Part shown: positions 18,067 to 33,826 of the stretch, piece after piece | Layout of the letters: the number at the start of each line of letters is the position of its first letter | How positions within the stretch are numbered: position 1 is the stretch's first letter | Source of the DNA: the human T2T-CHM13v2.0 reference genome, Homo sapiens | NCBI RefSeq assembly: GCF_009914755.1 | Contig: NC_060936.1 | Reading direction: 5' to 3' (one strand) | DNA: 64,000 nt | Program-made: the position numbers and the translations under genes | The notes under the pieces: generated by a model | What the model was told of the DNA's origin: nothing | The model's database searches: none | The model's input: the letters and a program-made list of their open reading frames with translations, nothing else

Positions 18067-18334
18067 AGAAGAAGAAGAAGAAGAAGAAGAAGAAGAAGAA
18101 GAAGAAGAAGAAGAAGAAGAAGAAGGAGGAGGAGGAGGAGGAGGAGGAGGAGGAGGAGGAGGGAGGAGGGAGGAGGAGGAAGAGAGAGAGGAGAGGAGAG
18201 GAGAGAAGAGGAGAGGGGAGGAGAGGGGAGGAGAGGGGAGGAGAGGGGAGGAGAGGGGAGGAGAGAGGAGGAGAGGGGAGGGGAGGGGAGGAGAGGGAAG
18301 GGAGGGAGGGAAGGAAGGAAGGAAGAAAGAAGAA
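18016..18334 (+). repeat. Pure-purine compound microsatellite (GAA)n(GGA)n(GGAGA/GGGGA)n(GGAA)n
   Basis: About 27 uninterrupted GAA (18044-18124), 12 GGA, then pentamer repeats. No pyrimidine for about 319 bp. Confidence 0.98.
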
Positions 18335-19219
18335 CCAAAACACTATATTCCCAACAGTAGTCAACATCCTTCTGCCTTTCCCCTTCATCCTATGTAAACT
18401 GGTGGGTGGGTTGGAAGTGGCATTAGTGCCTGATATTGTACTGGAACTTCCCAGCAAGCCTGCAGGAAGAAGTCTGTCCCCAGGGACTGAAAGTCAGAGT
18501 GTGAAGTAATTAGTCCTCTTTGTCCTCAACTGGCCTTTGCCTCAACTGTGGCAGAAAAAGAAGAATCTAACTTATTATTCTGTTAACAATATACATATTC
18601 TTAATGGTTATTCTCCCAGATGTCAATAGTTGCTTTTCTATTCCAGGGTGCTGGGCTCTTGGGTGATTTAAAAATATTTCTTCCCTGTTTTCTCTCTCCT
18701 CATCTATGTTTTCTAGTTTTTCTGCAGTAAGCACACATTCGTTGTATAATTTTAAAAAAATAAAGATGCTTCTCTGGATGCTCCACCTTTATTAATGGGC
18801 AATTGCTGTTCTCCCTTAAAATATTCATCAAATTATTACCAGTTGCATTTTAGTTTTCTGGCAACTTGCTTTAATTCTCAAATGTAGAAATGAATTTCTT
18901 ACCTTTTGACTCTTTCTTTTTATTTTTTGTACACTTACTCTGCCACATGATTTTGTTGTGACTTTCAACTCATACTTTAATAAAAGCAATTTCTGTTTCA
19001 AGGCTCTAAAAGAAATGGGAAATTACAAATTAAATTAATTGTTATATTTAACCTCTGACTTAACATGAAAATATCACCTCCAAAGAAGTGATAGGTGGAA
19101 ATGATAATTGTTCTGTAAGAGATATTCTAAGGGGCAATTTAAAACATGTCAATATAGGCTTCTTCTAAGGTGGTAAACTCAGCTTTTGCCTCTCTCAGGT
19201 GGAAAGAAACTCACTGGCA

Positions 19220-19464
19220 TTAAGCTGAAGTGCTGCTTTGATTAGATTGAATAAATTCTTTGGTCAGGGAAGGAAACAGAGAACTTGGAAATGGTTCTTG
19301 ACCAGCCTGGTATTTTTCCATTTTGTCTCTGGCTAGCTGTGTGTTCTTTTCCGTTGTACTGGTTTGTCCCAGAACATTAGGTTCATTGGGCAGGCACTTT
19401 AAATTTTCAGATGAAAATTCTTGATTAAATATCAGTTGAATGTTTTTTATGGTGGCATCATGAC
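19220..19464 (-). pseudogene. Minus-strand pseudogene, probable last coding exon
   Basis: Acceptor catgtttag|. Only the phase-1 frame is open (81 codons, ORF 19220..19477). ATTAAA on the minus strand at 18976-18981. Confidence 0.6.
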
Positions 19465-20249
19465 CTAAACATGGCAAGAGTTTTCAATTACGTGAAGCAT
19501 GTACTAATTAGGCATCTTCTCTGTGCCCCATTCTGTGCTAGATTCTGTTGGAGATTGAAGAACAGGAGAGGGATCCTGAGTTATGCTGAGTTTAAACCAA
19601 CAAAAAAGATATCTTTATCTGTCTCATGTCTGTTGATATTACTGAATGTTCCTTAAATATGTTACTTCTCTCAAGGAGGTAACAGTTTTGTACAGAGGAT
19701 AAGACTTATGCATATCAGACAACTAAAAGGAAGATAAAAAGGAAATTATTCAGTGCCAAATAATTTATTATAGATAATTGATAAGGGAGTTCAAGTGGGG
19801 AAGAATCACTGTAAGCGGCATTTATGGGGAGTGGTTACTATGGACTGAGGAAATCAGATCAAATTTGAAGAATGAACAGGCTTTGGGTAGACAGAGAATA
19901 GAGTGAGGACCTTTTGTGTGTGAAAAGTAACAGGATAAAAGGTGCAGAGTAGAAAAACAGTAAGTCCATGCACACCTGATCCAAAGAGAGTGCAAGTAGA
20001 ACAAGAGGAGAGTTTGCAATAATCATGATATGCACATATGGAATAATAATATCTTGAGATATTTATCAATGTTATATGCAGGTGAAAAAATGAGCTAAAA
20101 TGGCAGTGTTTTAATCTGAATTGATATTCCAAACATTACTTATTTACTCCATGATTAAGTCTTTTATAAATTATATAAAGAAAAGATAATAGCACATATA
20201 TGGACTCTTCATAAATATTGTTTCATGTAATGTACATAGCAATTCTAGG

Positions 20250-20755
20250 AAGTAGGAATTGCATTTGGTTATTGGTAAAAGAGACAGAAGAACAATAGAC
20301 TAAACAAGAAAGAAATTTATTTTTCTCTCACATTTGAAAAAATCCAAAGTTTGTCAATCCCAGGCCAGCTCCACGGCCATCAGTTACCCAGGTTTCTTTC
20401 ATCTCTCTGTTTATTAGACTTAGTGAATGGCTTCTAGCCTCATGATTGCCTTGTGGTGGCAGGAGGGCCACCATAGCTCCAGCTGTCATATCCATGTTCC
20501 AGGTGGAAGGAGGAAGAAGGCAGTTAAATGCAGAAGGGCACACCTCCTAGCTGAGTCAGCTCTCTTTTAAAGAGATTTCCAAAAAGCTCAGTACAGTGAC
20601 TTCTGAACTGTGATCTCACCCTTATCTGTAAGTAAGGATAGGAAATGCCCTTTTAGCGCATTGTTGCTTTCAACAATACAGAGATTCTGCTAGCAAGAAA
20701 GGAGAGGGGTAGTGGGGAGAATGTACATTGGCTAGGCTGCTAGCAGTCTCTGTCA
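20250..20755. mobile_element. Old MLT1 (J/K-like) LTR
   Basis: aaacaag..aatttatttttctctcaca..ccagctgtcatatccatgttccagg pattern. Confidence 0.65.
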
Positions 20756-21359
20756 GAGTAAGCTTACTGCCATTTTACACCGAAGGGAACTGATCCTCAA
20801 AAGTGCTAAGTAAATGATCCCAAATCACACAGCTATATTTTAAATCGAGCTCTATTCACCACTCTGTGCAGTACTTGTGCCTGAAATTCTAGGCTTTCTT
20901 TCTGTAGTGTTGATCTCATGCTTTCTTTTGTGCATGTTGAATTATTATTCTCCTCTTGGAATTTTATTATCACTGCCTAGCTGCAAAGAGATGCTTCAGT
21001 ATCATTAAAAGGACAGGGAACTTGAACTAAACAACTTCCCACATGTTTGTATTGGGGCTGATCTTGCTGAAGTTGACTGAAGTTTTTGTAGGTACCATTT
21101 GTAGAAGTCTTGGGAAAGAAGCTTCTATACAATCTCCATGTCTTCTATCATATGTGTTTCATTTCAGCTCTACTGACCTGGTCTCCTTCTTTATCTCCTC
21201 CCATTTAACATTTATCCATTTGCCATTTCTTCCCAAACCACCACATTTTTGCCTCTTTCAGATTTGTCACCCAGTTACTAACACTGTTCTCAAGAGAAAT
21301 TGTGAGCAAAAACATGCACAGGGCAGCATTTTGCCTAGACTCAATTCTTAATCTACAAA

Positions 21360-21870
21360 CAAGTTATTTTTTGAACACTTACTTTGTACAAATCACTTAC
21401 CAGGTACTAATGGGTTTACTATGAAACATAAGGATAATCATGCTTAACCTCAATTTAATTGGAGAAATGAAATGCATATACATTAAAGGACAGTTAATGG
21501 TGCAAGGCAGTATATAAATGCAAGCCAAATGAGGGATAGACAGTAAATGCTCTCAGTGTTAAGAGTAAGGAAAAATCCTTTTCAGCTAAAGAGGTTAGGG
21601 AAAGCTTTGTAAGACAAGAGGAAATGGATTTGATTCCTGTGGGACTTAGGAAAGTTGAAAGGAGATGAAAGGTTTCCTTAAGAGAGGAAATGGCAAGATC
21701 AAAGCCACAGCAATGAAATCTATTGAATGTGTTCAAGAGATTGGAGTGGATGGGTCTAGCTGAAATAGTTGATTAGTACGGGAAAGAAGGGAAGAGGGAG
21801 GCTAGAAAACTGGTTTTGCCTGAGATGATGGAAAGCTGTAAATACCATCTAAGGAATGTGAATTGGATAT
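21360..21870 (-). mobile_element. L2 fragment
   Basis: ttgaacacttactttgt..caggtact and purine-rich antisense L2 text. Confidence 0.55.
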
Positions 21871-22489
21871 ACTTTTAGACTTTATCCAAATTGCATATAG
21901 GATTTAGAGCAGCACTTAATGAATGTCCTGACTTGAAAAGAGTAACTCCAAGTTACTGCATACCCAATTTTCTCCACCCTGGAATTCTTTCTCTGATCTG
22001 TATTTAGCTGGCTCAGGCCTCATGGCTTCCCTTCCTTCTCCTGCAGCCTGCTTTTCATTTGCATTGAACCCTTCATCAGTGCAATTATAAAGAAGAGAGG
22101 AAATGGAACTTACACCAATCTATTTTAGAGTTAGATTTTACTGGTTCTACTAAAAGATTTAGAGAGAAAAATCTAAAAGCAATCTCTAGAATGAATATGA
22201 TCTTTGATTATTAAAAGATTGTGTCTAGGAAGACAAACAAGTAGCAACTTTAGGAGCAATGTAGGTATGGATTGTTCATACTTTGGGAACTAGGAGAGAT
22301 GTAGTGGCCCTTTTCTGTCATACATGACTTTCTGTCACTCAGTCTTGCAAATCAGGCAGCTTGCAAAATGGCAGTGATGCTCTTGACTCTGCCCAGTTTC
22401 AGGAAGAGAATTAGGTAATGAAATTAGTAGTAGTTTCTCTTCCCAAGTCAAATTCCCTCAAGAAAGCAAATGACATTATCTTATTTGGG

Positions 22490-22571
22490 GTTACCTAGAA
22501 TATTTCCGGGTTGCAAGTAACAGACAACCTAACCCAAATAGATTTAAACAAGAGAGGAATTTACAGTACTA

Positions 22572-22640
<69 letters not shown>

Positions 22641-23130
22641 AGGAAAGAAAGAAAGAGGGAAAGAAAGAAGGGGAGAACTTAGTTCATACACACAAAAAAG
22701 GAACTTACTAGCTTATGGGGTGATGTCATCAGGACACTGTCTCTTCCCATCTCTCAACTCTGTTCTCAACCATGTTGTGTTATTTCTTACACTCTCAGGA
22801 TAGCAAGATGGCCATCCACAACTTCAAATTTCAAGGTTCAAGTCCAGCAGGAAAGAGCACATGCTTCCTCTCAACAGTTGCAGCAAAACTTCACAAATTG
22901 AATCTCATGAGATCTGATGAAATATTTGATTTTCCAAGCCTGAATTTCATGCCCCTCTATGGAGTTAGGTGTCCAGTCAACTCAATTCAAAAATCCATGG
23001 ACAATGGATTGTGTCCATGAATTCTGGACAAAATGGAAAAGACAGTACTTTCCATGGCACTTTGCCAGAAGAAGGGGGAATGGATACTGGGTGAGGTGGG
23101 GAATAACAAATATCTACAACTCTTACATAC
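22490..23130. mobile_element. Old MLT1-type LTR containing a (GAAA)n microsatellite
   Basis: ggttgcaagtaacagacaacc..aaacaagagaggaattta start. Confidence 0.55.
22571..22670 (+). repeat. (GAAA)n tetranucleotide microsatellite
   Basis: Direct reading of the sequence. Confidence 0.97.
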
Positions 23131-23230
23131 AAAATGCCTGTCTCTTAGTAATACCTTGCACAATTTCCCCCATTCTTTTCAACTTTCCAGTACCATTGTC
23201 CTGTGACATTTGTAAGAAGAGAATACATAG

Positions 23231-23555
<325 letters not shown>

Positions 23556-23599
23556 GACTATACTTTTAATTTAGAGTAACGTTTTGGGCACATGGGCAA

Positions 23600-24510
23600 C
23601 TAGCCTTTATGGAACAACTGTTCCATAACAAGGGATTCACTTTCACTATAATAGGTCATCTTCACAACATCCCTTTGAAATAGGCACATTGTTATTTTTT
23701 GATAAAGAAACTCCAGCTCAAAGAGGGTAAGCATCTCACCCAGTATCACATAGTTTAAAAAGAATGTGCATTGGTATTGGTGCTGGAAATCAGGGCTTTC
23801 AGATTCAAAAAGCACTGCTACTTCCACTATGTTGCCCCAAGTCTGATTTCTTTTGTAGGGCCTGTTCTCATTTCCACAGTCATAAAATTACGCTGTGAAT
23901 TATCATGTCTTTTTCTCATTAAATTCCAAACCACAGCCTGTTTGTGAAGATAAAAAACCTGAGAATTCAACCACTGGAAGCTGAAAGGGATCTTAGAAAT
24001 AATCTACTTCAAAGCTAAAATTCCTGCTTCAAAAGATGAGAAAGCAAGAGTTGGTTGTTCTAGATCATAAAAATAGAGGGTGGCACTGGTGAGGGAACCT
24101 GCGTCTGTCGGACCCAGAATCATACCCTGTCTCTTCCACTTTCTTTATCTTGCTTGAATGTGAGTGACCTTGGGAAAGTTAACTTAACTCCTCTGAGCTG
24201 TAGTGTGCTCCTTTGTAAAATAAGGGCCATGTTATTGAATTTCATTGAATCCTAAGTGCACATAATTTCACAGTTTAGCTCTAAAATCTAAATGTGGCTT
24301 AAAATGGAAAGCCAATCATAGTTTATGCTTTTACTTTCTTAGCAATATAAAAAAAAATCATGTCTCATCATCAATGGTGTCTTAGATTCGGTGAAATATG
24401 GAAAGACATTGCTCATATGGGGTTGTTGCAGACATGTACTAAAATAACAAAGATGTATCACTTAGAATAATATCTGGCACATAGTAAATGCCCAGTAAGT
24501 GTTAGTTGTG
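23600..24510. mobile_element. Cluster of MIR fragments
   Basis: MIR core motifs (gtgaccttgggaaagtt..ctctgagc..tgtaaaat; gcacatagtaaatgc). Confidence 0.6.
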
Positions 24511-25836
24511 GTGGTGGTGGTGGTGGTAATGGTGACGGTTGCGCTGTGTATATAAGAATATGTATAAATCTTGGCTGATGGATTCTTTTTAGGAGATGAA
24601 GGTGTTCCTGAGCTTGGTCACCATTTACAGCTTTGTCTCCTTGGCTTGTGGGCAGCATAGTGGTTTTCCTTTCTTATCCTGTATTCTTGAGTGTTATATT
24701 TGGTTTCCTGGAACCAAACCATAGCCTCTCAAATCTATTTGAACTGAATTATCTAAATAAGTCTTTTTCTTTTGTTTAATCATAAGGTAAAGTGACCAAT
24801 TGTCACTCATGTTTGTGTTATATAGATACAGGGTATATAGTTTGGACTGGTTTTCCTTATTCTTCATAGTCAATTGATAAAAGTGGTTTCTACAAAGAGT
24901 TTCACTCAAAACTATCAGTCTCATCTCTTTATGACACAAAAATGCATCAGAGCAGGCAAATTGACATGATATGGAGGGTTGGGTTTTTGTGGTAGAGATA
25001 TATATGTACGTAGAGTAGCAGCTATGGCTTTCTTTATTAGGAAGGGAAATCTGATTCTATTCAGTTGTAAGCTTAAATTGGCATAGTATCAAACTAAGTC
25101 AAGTTTTATTGATTTCTGAGACAAATTTCTAATTTTTTTCATCCTATTGCAAGGCATAACTTCGAAAGGCACAATATTCTTTAAAAGATAAGACATTCAT
25201 GAAAATGTATTGTGTTCCTTTCCTCAAGTTTCCAAAATTTCACTGCCTATAGATTTGAAATCAAAATAGGTAATATCTTTACTGATCTTGTTATTCAAAA
25301 TTCATAGCTTTTCATAGTATTCTTCTATTCATCATTTTCCTTGTCTTTCAGAATGTCTATAAAATGATGGGTTATTATTTCCGCTACTTCCGTTAGTGTT
25401 TATGCCAGCAGGGGAACATTATTTTATTATTTTTAGAGAATAGAAGCTATTTCTTGAACCAGGAAATTGAACTTGCTATTTAAAAAAATAAAGCAAAGGC
25501 ATTTGTCTCATCAGTCCCTATTTGATTTCCTCGGGGGTAATTTTCATTCCCTAGTCCCTAAAATTACTGCCCCCTCCACTCGTAAACAAGAGCCCTTTAC
25601 CATTGTACACTGTGCAAATCTCCGTTATTTATTTTCATGGTACGTTATAATATCTGGTTCTATCTTCTTTTTAAATAGGTGTTCCTCCAGAACAGGGACT
25701 GTGGCCATTTCATTTCTGTATCTCTATAGCTTGGAGCACTAAATTAAAAAGTATGTTAAACAAAAAAGGTCTAACTTTGAAAACGTTCTTGTACTCTGGG
25801 GATAACCATGCATTCAATTTTAAAACATGTGTTTAC

Positions 25837-25891
25837 CCATTGGATAGGAAGATTCATCACCAAAGTAGATTTTCGTTTCCCGGAGCTGCAC
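25837..25891 (-). pseudogene. Minus-strand pseudogene exon, 55 bp (VQLRETKIYFGDESSYPM)
   Basis: Acceptor ctttgcag|, donor TGG|gtaaac, open in the required phase. Confidence 0.7.
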
Positions 25892-26378
25892 CTGCAAAGT
25901 TGCATGCACCACTTTAGGTAATAATCTAGCTAGAGACACTTATAGGCACATATTTACTTAATATTAAGCTGGGCTAGAAAAGAAACCAATTTGAAATTGC
26001 TTCCTCAGCTGAAAGCTCTATGCTAACAATAAAGTTTAATTTCAGCAGCTGTAGTTCTCAAATCAATAGACTGCAAAGAGGGTGGCAGAATTTCAGTTTT
26101 TGGTTTTGAATACTAACCAGGTCAGAAGTTGCATTATTTAAAAACACATTTACTGGATTTAAAACACAGCTTTTGGCAAATTAGCTATACGCATTTATAT
26201 ATTTTCAATAATAATCTAACTTCTCAGAGTAAAAACAAAGTGTCCAATCATAAGCCATCATATTTTACATGAATTACATGAATAGGAGGTTTTTTGAGCA
26301 TTTGTGATTTCAAGAGAAAGACATAATAAATCTGTAAATGATAGATATTAAATCACATCAGACAATTGATATTCTTAC

Positions 26379-26582
26379 CTGATAAAGAGTTGCAGGGCAT
26401 ATTTTTAGTTCTTTGTTTAAAGCAGAAAACACTGTAGTAATACTTCCTGGTAACCAGACTGTGCAACACTAATATCCAACTAGTTTTACCTTTTAGCAGT
26501 ATGTGCTCCAGGGTGTGAACACATTTGTGATAAATATTGACCAGGTCATGGCTATATTGGCCTTTTTACCTTGATCTTGTTT
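26379..26582 (-). pseudogene. Minus-strand pseudogene exon, 204 bp, phase 0-0
   Basis: Acceptor cttacag|, donor CAG|gtaaga. Two in-frame stops: TAA 26493-26495 and TAG 26469-26471. Confidence 0.7.
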
Positions 26583-26720
26583 CTGTAAGTATGTTGTATT
26601 GCCTCATCTTTTAATAACTAATTGTGCTGGTAGTCACAGGGTCATAGGGCTATCAAATCATGGATATTTTTATAACCAAGAAATCCAATTTGAGAAGTAT
26701 AATTTAAATGTAAATAAATT

Positions 26721-26990
26721 GGTCTGGGGGCAGTGGCTCACACCTGTAATCCCAGCAGTTTGGGAGGCTGAGGCTGGCGGATCACTTGAGTTCAGGGTTC
26801 GAGACCAGCCTGGCCAACATGGTGAACCCCCATCTCTATGAAAAATACAAAAAATTAGCCAGGCACGGTGGTGTGCACCTGTCATCCCCACCACTCAGGA
26901 GGCTGAGGCAGGAGAATCGCTTTAATCCGGGAGGCAGAGGTTGCAGTAAGCAACAGAGTGAGACTCTGTCTCAAAATAAAAAAAGCAAAT
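26721..26990 (+). mobile_element. Alu with an internal deletion in the right arm
   Basis: Alu consensus; about 30 bp missing after gttgcagt. Confidence 0.92.
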
Positions 26991-28004
26991 AAATTAATTG
27001 GTCCTTAGAAAAAAAGAATGATATTAAATCTTTCCAGGGTTAACAATGCATGCACTTAAACCAGAGTGTTCCAGGCTCCCTGTTCTTGGTGTTTGTAGAG
27101 ACAGCAACCTGCACCTACAAAGATTTTCTAAGGTAAGGTTGTATTGGAAGGTCTTGAAGCATTCTGAAATAGTAGGTAAGAGTTGTCATCATTTATGAAA
27201 GAATGTTAAAGGTCAAGATGATTAGTGTTTAAAACAGAAACACAGGGAAGGAGACAGGGCAAGAGATGGTGGTGAATGGGGTCAGGACCCTGGACAGCTC
27301 TACTAATCCTGAGCCACTGCAAGACTTTTCTTCTTGACAGCTTTTGGAAGCATGACCCATCTCATTCATAGGCTTTGTTTCTGATTAAGCTGTGGAAGTT
27401 TCAATGTCATAGTCTTGCTATTTTATGCTCTTTTATTTGGGGAGGGTAATAAAGAATAATTTTCATCTACCTTTTATATTCACTGTGGGTGATATGGATC
27501 CTGGCCTGACTGAAACTTCAGCACTGTGAAGGCAATATTTTGTTAACTATGAGTGGCGTAGAGGTAGGGGGTTATAGATTACCCTCATACTTTAACCTAT
27601 TTTCCTACAATGTATTTTCTTTCCTCAAAGGTAAGGATTGGCTCTTGAGCATAGACTATAGATATAGCCCAAAACTATTTTAATAAATGATGTCCCCAGT
27701 TCAGTTTGTGGAAGACTTGGAATAGATCCACTTAAGCATTTGTTTTTCTCTCTCATTAACAAGAAGAGAAAAACCACAAGTTTTCTCTTTTTAATAATTT
27801 TGTGTAATTAAACTCCAGGCTTTTAGATGAGATGCATGCTAATAAATTCTCAATGGAATCTTTCAGAAGTAAAGCACAGCTGTTCAATTCATGAATTTAT
27901 TTTGCACTGTCTTAATAGAGTGTTTTTCTCAAAAGGAATTTTATTCTTTTCATGGCCCAGATGACCTTCTGTTTTTTAATCTTCTCTCATCTTTTATTTT
28001 TTCC

Positions 28005-28133
28005 CGATTCTATTTGTGTAGAGATGGGTCTCAGTATGTTGCCCAGGCTGGTTGTGAACTCCCTACCTCAAGCAATCGTCCCACTTGGACCTCCCAAAAT
28101 GCTGGGATTACAGGCATGAGCTACTGTTTGCCT
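28005..28133 (-). mobile_element. FLAM/Alu monomer
   Basis: gtagagatgggtctc..gctgggattacaggcatgag. Confidence 0.85.
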
Positions 28134-28562
28134 AACCTTTTCCTGATTTTTGATAAAAAATACTTGTTACCCTTAGAAAATTTATATGTCTTATGTCAGA
28201 TCAGTTATTTCTATGCCTTGTTTAAGATCCACTATTTCATTTCTCTTCTCTGTGCTAAAGATTATAACGGTTGTAGAAGCCTTTAAACTCAGAGAATTTA
28301 ATTGGAATTTTATTGAAGTATATGATCTGACATTATTTTCTTAACTAAGGTGTTTTACAGGTTAAGTTCAAATCTGGGTTCATGAACTAGGCAACAAGAT
28401 GATTTCTGATTAAATATATGGCTAAAAACAGGGAAAGAAGGAAACAAGTATTTAATTTGAATGTACGAGAACAACTTTTACCACCTTTGTTCAATACCTG
28501 ACTAACTTAAAGCAGGCCACATTGATAATAAAAATTTAATTTAAAAAAATGTAAAAATTGTT

Positions 28563-28846
<284 letters not shown>

Positions 28847-30042
28847 TGTTAAAGACCTCTCTCCTCCAAGATGTACCAAACAACACTGGTTTGACCTAAA
28901 TTCTTTGAATTTTTGAAAACTTTCTCTCACATCCCACTTACATGATCTTAAACTGTTCCCTCACCTCATTTTCCATCAAGTGCTACTATTGACCACTGTC
29001 AATATTGATCTTTTGTACTAACTAGAGAGAAGGTGTTGGTCAGGAAAAATGGGAGAAGGAGTGAAAGGGTGGAGAAGGGGAAGGAAATGGAAGAGGAAGA
29101 CTGATAGTAAGCTTAGAACATGAGGAAGGCTGACAGTAAGCTTAGAACGTGGCCACTATGTACTCTTCATTGTATTCTATGTGAATTTCCTTGGCAGCCC
29201 TATTTGGGAGTATTATCCCAAGAAAAGTACTTGGACAAATTTATAGCAATAAAAAAAATCCCTAAACAAGATAACATCTCGTTTCATTGCTCTCTTAAAT
29301 AAATCTCTCTCTCTCTCTCATGGCTGATCAAACCTAGTACTGAGTTCAACTGACCAAGACAAATGGAGATAGCTCCAGTACTTTGTCAGAAATCTAAGGA
29401 TGTCCTATCAAGGTGTCTCTAGGCTTTAAAAATGTAAAAATACATTCTGATATGTTCTGATCAAAAATCACCCCTTTCAATACTCAGATGACTTTTATTC
29501 AGGGACATTTCAAATGAAACTTTTTGAATTAATCACTAGAAAGAGAATGTCAAAAGGATAAATAAAAGTGTTCAATATTCAGAAGGGAATACCTGAAGTG
29601 TGAGCATCAAAGATTCTAGAAACAGAAAAATCTTTAAATAGAAAAAGCCCATACCTTGTCTGTTCAAGAGATTAAAATAAAAAAAAAATTTCTGTGTTTC
29701 CTACTTAGAAGGAATTTGGGTTGCAGCAACACTTGTCCCAGCCATCTGAGCTCCTTTTTGGCCTCTTCGCTTTTTTGTGTTTCTTTTCTCCTTAGATTTA
29801 TTTAGATAGCACCCTTACTCGAAGGAGCTTAAAATGGTAGCATTACATTCTCAACCTTTGAAACATATTAAGAGGTAATTAAAAGAAAAATGCTCCTGAT
29901 TTTTACGTCCCACATCAGATGATATTTATTCTTTGATTAGCAGACATGTACCAATAGCATTTTGCTATGGTAAGCAAGGTAGTTAGATCCTGGCCTCAAA
30001 GCACTTATAATTTAAAACCATCAATAAAGATAAACATACTGA

Positions 30043-30756
<714 letters not shown>

Positions 30757-31537
30757 TAGAATTTTAAGCATCAGTAAATATACATGAAGGTGTGGGTAGT
30801 ATTTGAGGAATAAATATGCTGTCTTGGATTACTGAGATTATAGCACAAAGACTACTTTTTCTTGTAAGGTCATCCTTTTTCATTTCTAAGCAACTGAGAA
30901 AGGGCTTTTCTTTATGATTTATGAGTATCTGAGTAAACTTGCCAGTATGATAGTGGTGATGGTGATGGTAATAATAATAGTTATTCTAATTGCTTAGAGT
31001 GTCATCAGGTAAAGGACTCTGAAGTTCATTTTCTTTCAGAGAAGTATTGTATGCAAAGATTTGGAATCTACACATATAGGATGCCGTTTGAATGAAGACA
31101 TATTATCAGAAACCTATTAGGAAGAAATCATAGGAATATCACTAGTATTTTAGTGACAATTTTCCAAATATGAAGAACAGCAGAGAAGAGGCAACATAGT
31201 AACCTGTGTTAGGAAGAGTTGGGCTTCATTATGATCTTACGCAAGTTACTTATCTCTATAAACCTCACCCTCTTCACTTGTAAAATGGGAATAATAAAGC
31301 CTACTCTACAAAGATATGGTGGGACTAAGACCCCAGCCCAGTAAATCTTACTTTCCTATTCTTCCCATGTGAAAAAAACAACACAAAACAAAAAACCTTA
31401 AGCCTAAATGCAATACACAAAATGAAACCAACAGTGACCATAGCGAGAAAACTCTTGCATACTATATGTCAATGAATACAAAATGTCACAGATATGATAC
31501 ATTGCTACTATAAAATAGCCACAGTTTTGAAACTTAC

Positions 31538-32196
<659 letters not shown>

Positions 32197-32249
32197 TAAC
32201 AGCAAAATTTACATGTTCATATGCTTCTATTAAGTCTTCCCATGTATTT

Positions 32250-33300
32250 GTTATGCCAGGCTCCCAAACATTTCCATGTGAATTGTAAGAAACTTGAGGG
32301 CCAAGCCATTGCTGCCTTTTAACGTTCACTAAATACAATGTGCCCGTTTTAGCCTTTATCTTGCTTGACCTCTTGGGGCTGTCTGTCACTGGTTCCCACT
32401 TCTTGCAATAGTGTCCTTGGTTTCTGTGATTCTGTACTAGTTAGAGCTAGCTTTTCTGTCTCAAGCTGTACTTCCCAAATTCCATTTTTCTTCTGATAAC
32501 CTCTTAGAAGTTGATGTTCCTTGGGGATCTACTCTATTGTTTCTTCTCTCTTCATTCTACAAGTGCTCCCTATACTACTTCATCTGCTCCAGTGGCTGCA
32601 ACTAACATGCATATATCCAATTAATATCCAGATCTGGAGTTCCAGTCCTTCAGACCTTCAGGTGTATATTTTTTAAAGTCTACCAGACATCTCCTCTTAC
32701 ATATCACACACCTCAAATCAGCATTTCTAAAACCCAACACATCTTTATCCCCCTCCCCAAATGTGCCTTCCCTTCTTATATTCTCCTCTCTTGGATGCAT
32801 CTCCACCTGCATCACTGCCCAAGACAGACACTAGGGAGTCATCCTTAATTCAGTGTCTCCCATACCCAGTAATCAAACAGATCTACCTCTTAAATATCTC
32901 TTGATTCTCTCCACTTCTTTTTATCACCACTGCTACTACTTGGTCAACAACTGCCAAATTTTTGCTGAATTACTGGAACAGCTTCCTATTCTCTCCTGGT
33001 CTCTTTACTATGATGCTTGCTTGCTTAGTACTGCCCTCATTCTCCATATTGTAGTGAAAGTGGTCCTTCTAAAAGGCAAATCTGATTTAAGTCGTCCACC
33101 TGTTTAAAACATACAAATGGCCTTCACAGCCCTGAGAATGTATAAATCAATTTTTCTTAGCAAGGCCAACAAGCTCTTCATAGACTGCCCCTTTTCTGCC
33201 CAGCTTCATCGCTTGCCACTTACTTTCTCCTTACCCCTATCCTGAATGATTTGAAGGTCTCCAAATGTCACATTTTCTCTTGTCTGTTTGGCTTTTGTGA
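32250..33300 (+). mobile_element. L2 fragment
   Basis: Pyrimidine-rich text resembling the 3' end of L2 ORF2. Confidence 0.65.
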
Positions 33301-33431
33301 CCACCCCACCCCTTTACTCTGCCTTAAGAAATTTCCCTCTTCCCACCCTTAACTAAGTTACGCAGAGTATCATTTAAGAATGATGCAGTTGCAAGCAACT
33401 TCTCCTCCCCTTCCAAAGTTTAACAATTCAC

Positions 33432-33518
33432 CTTGGAAAAGGTCAGCTTTCATAGAAAACAGCCTATAAATTGGGTTTCCTTCTGATGTACTCATGTTAA
33501 TGCTGCTAGAATGTAACT
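33432..33518 (-). pseudogene. Minus-strand pseudogene, first coding exon (ATG at 33495)
   Basis: Acceptor ctttctatag|, Kozak aacATGa, 21 codons + 1 nt, donor AAG|gtgaat. Confidence 0.65.
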
Positions 33519-33644
33519 CTATAGAAAGCTACAAACTGCATTTTTTAAGATCACTGGTTCTGGATGTAGATACCACCTATTTATATTTATGTGACAAATA
33601 CTTACACAGTATTTACTATACACCAGGTATCTTACCTGTAGTCT

Positions 33645-33826
33645 TTTTTTTTTTTTTTTTTGTAGTTTTTAGGGATGGAGTCTTACTATGGTTGCTCAGG
33701 CTGGAGGGCAGTAGCCATTCACAGGCACAATCACAGTGCAATGCAGCCTCAAATGCCTAGACTGAAGCAATCCTTCTGCCTCAGCCTACCTAATAGCTTG
33801 GACTATGGGCACACTGCACCATGCTC
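33645..33826 (-). mobile_element. FRAM/FLAM Alu monomer nested in a MIR
   Basis: polyT followed by antisense Alu monomer; MIR text on both sides. Confidence 0.75.

Noticed and set aside
17862-18457. PolyE/polyR/polyL/polyF ORFs
   Set aside because: These are translations of the purine microsatellite.
26379-26570. LRRIQ3-like similarity (YSHDLVN...) in another frame of the 204-bp exon
   Set aside because: That frame is not the splice-phase-compatible one, needs a frameshift, and no LRR exons were found.
28168-28421. Strong minus-strand acceptor within a pseudogene intron
   Set aside because: All three frames contain several stops, and the flanking exons already join in phase.
29095-29151. 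29-bp direct repeat (similar small repeats at about 4995-5080 and 48430-48490)
   Set aside because: Ordinary local slippage duplications with no spacer structure; not CRISPR-like.
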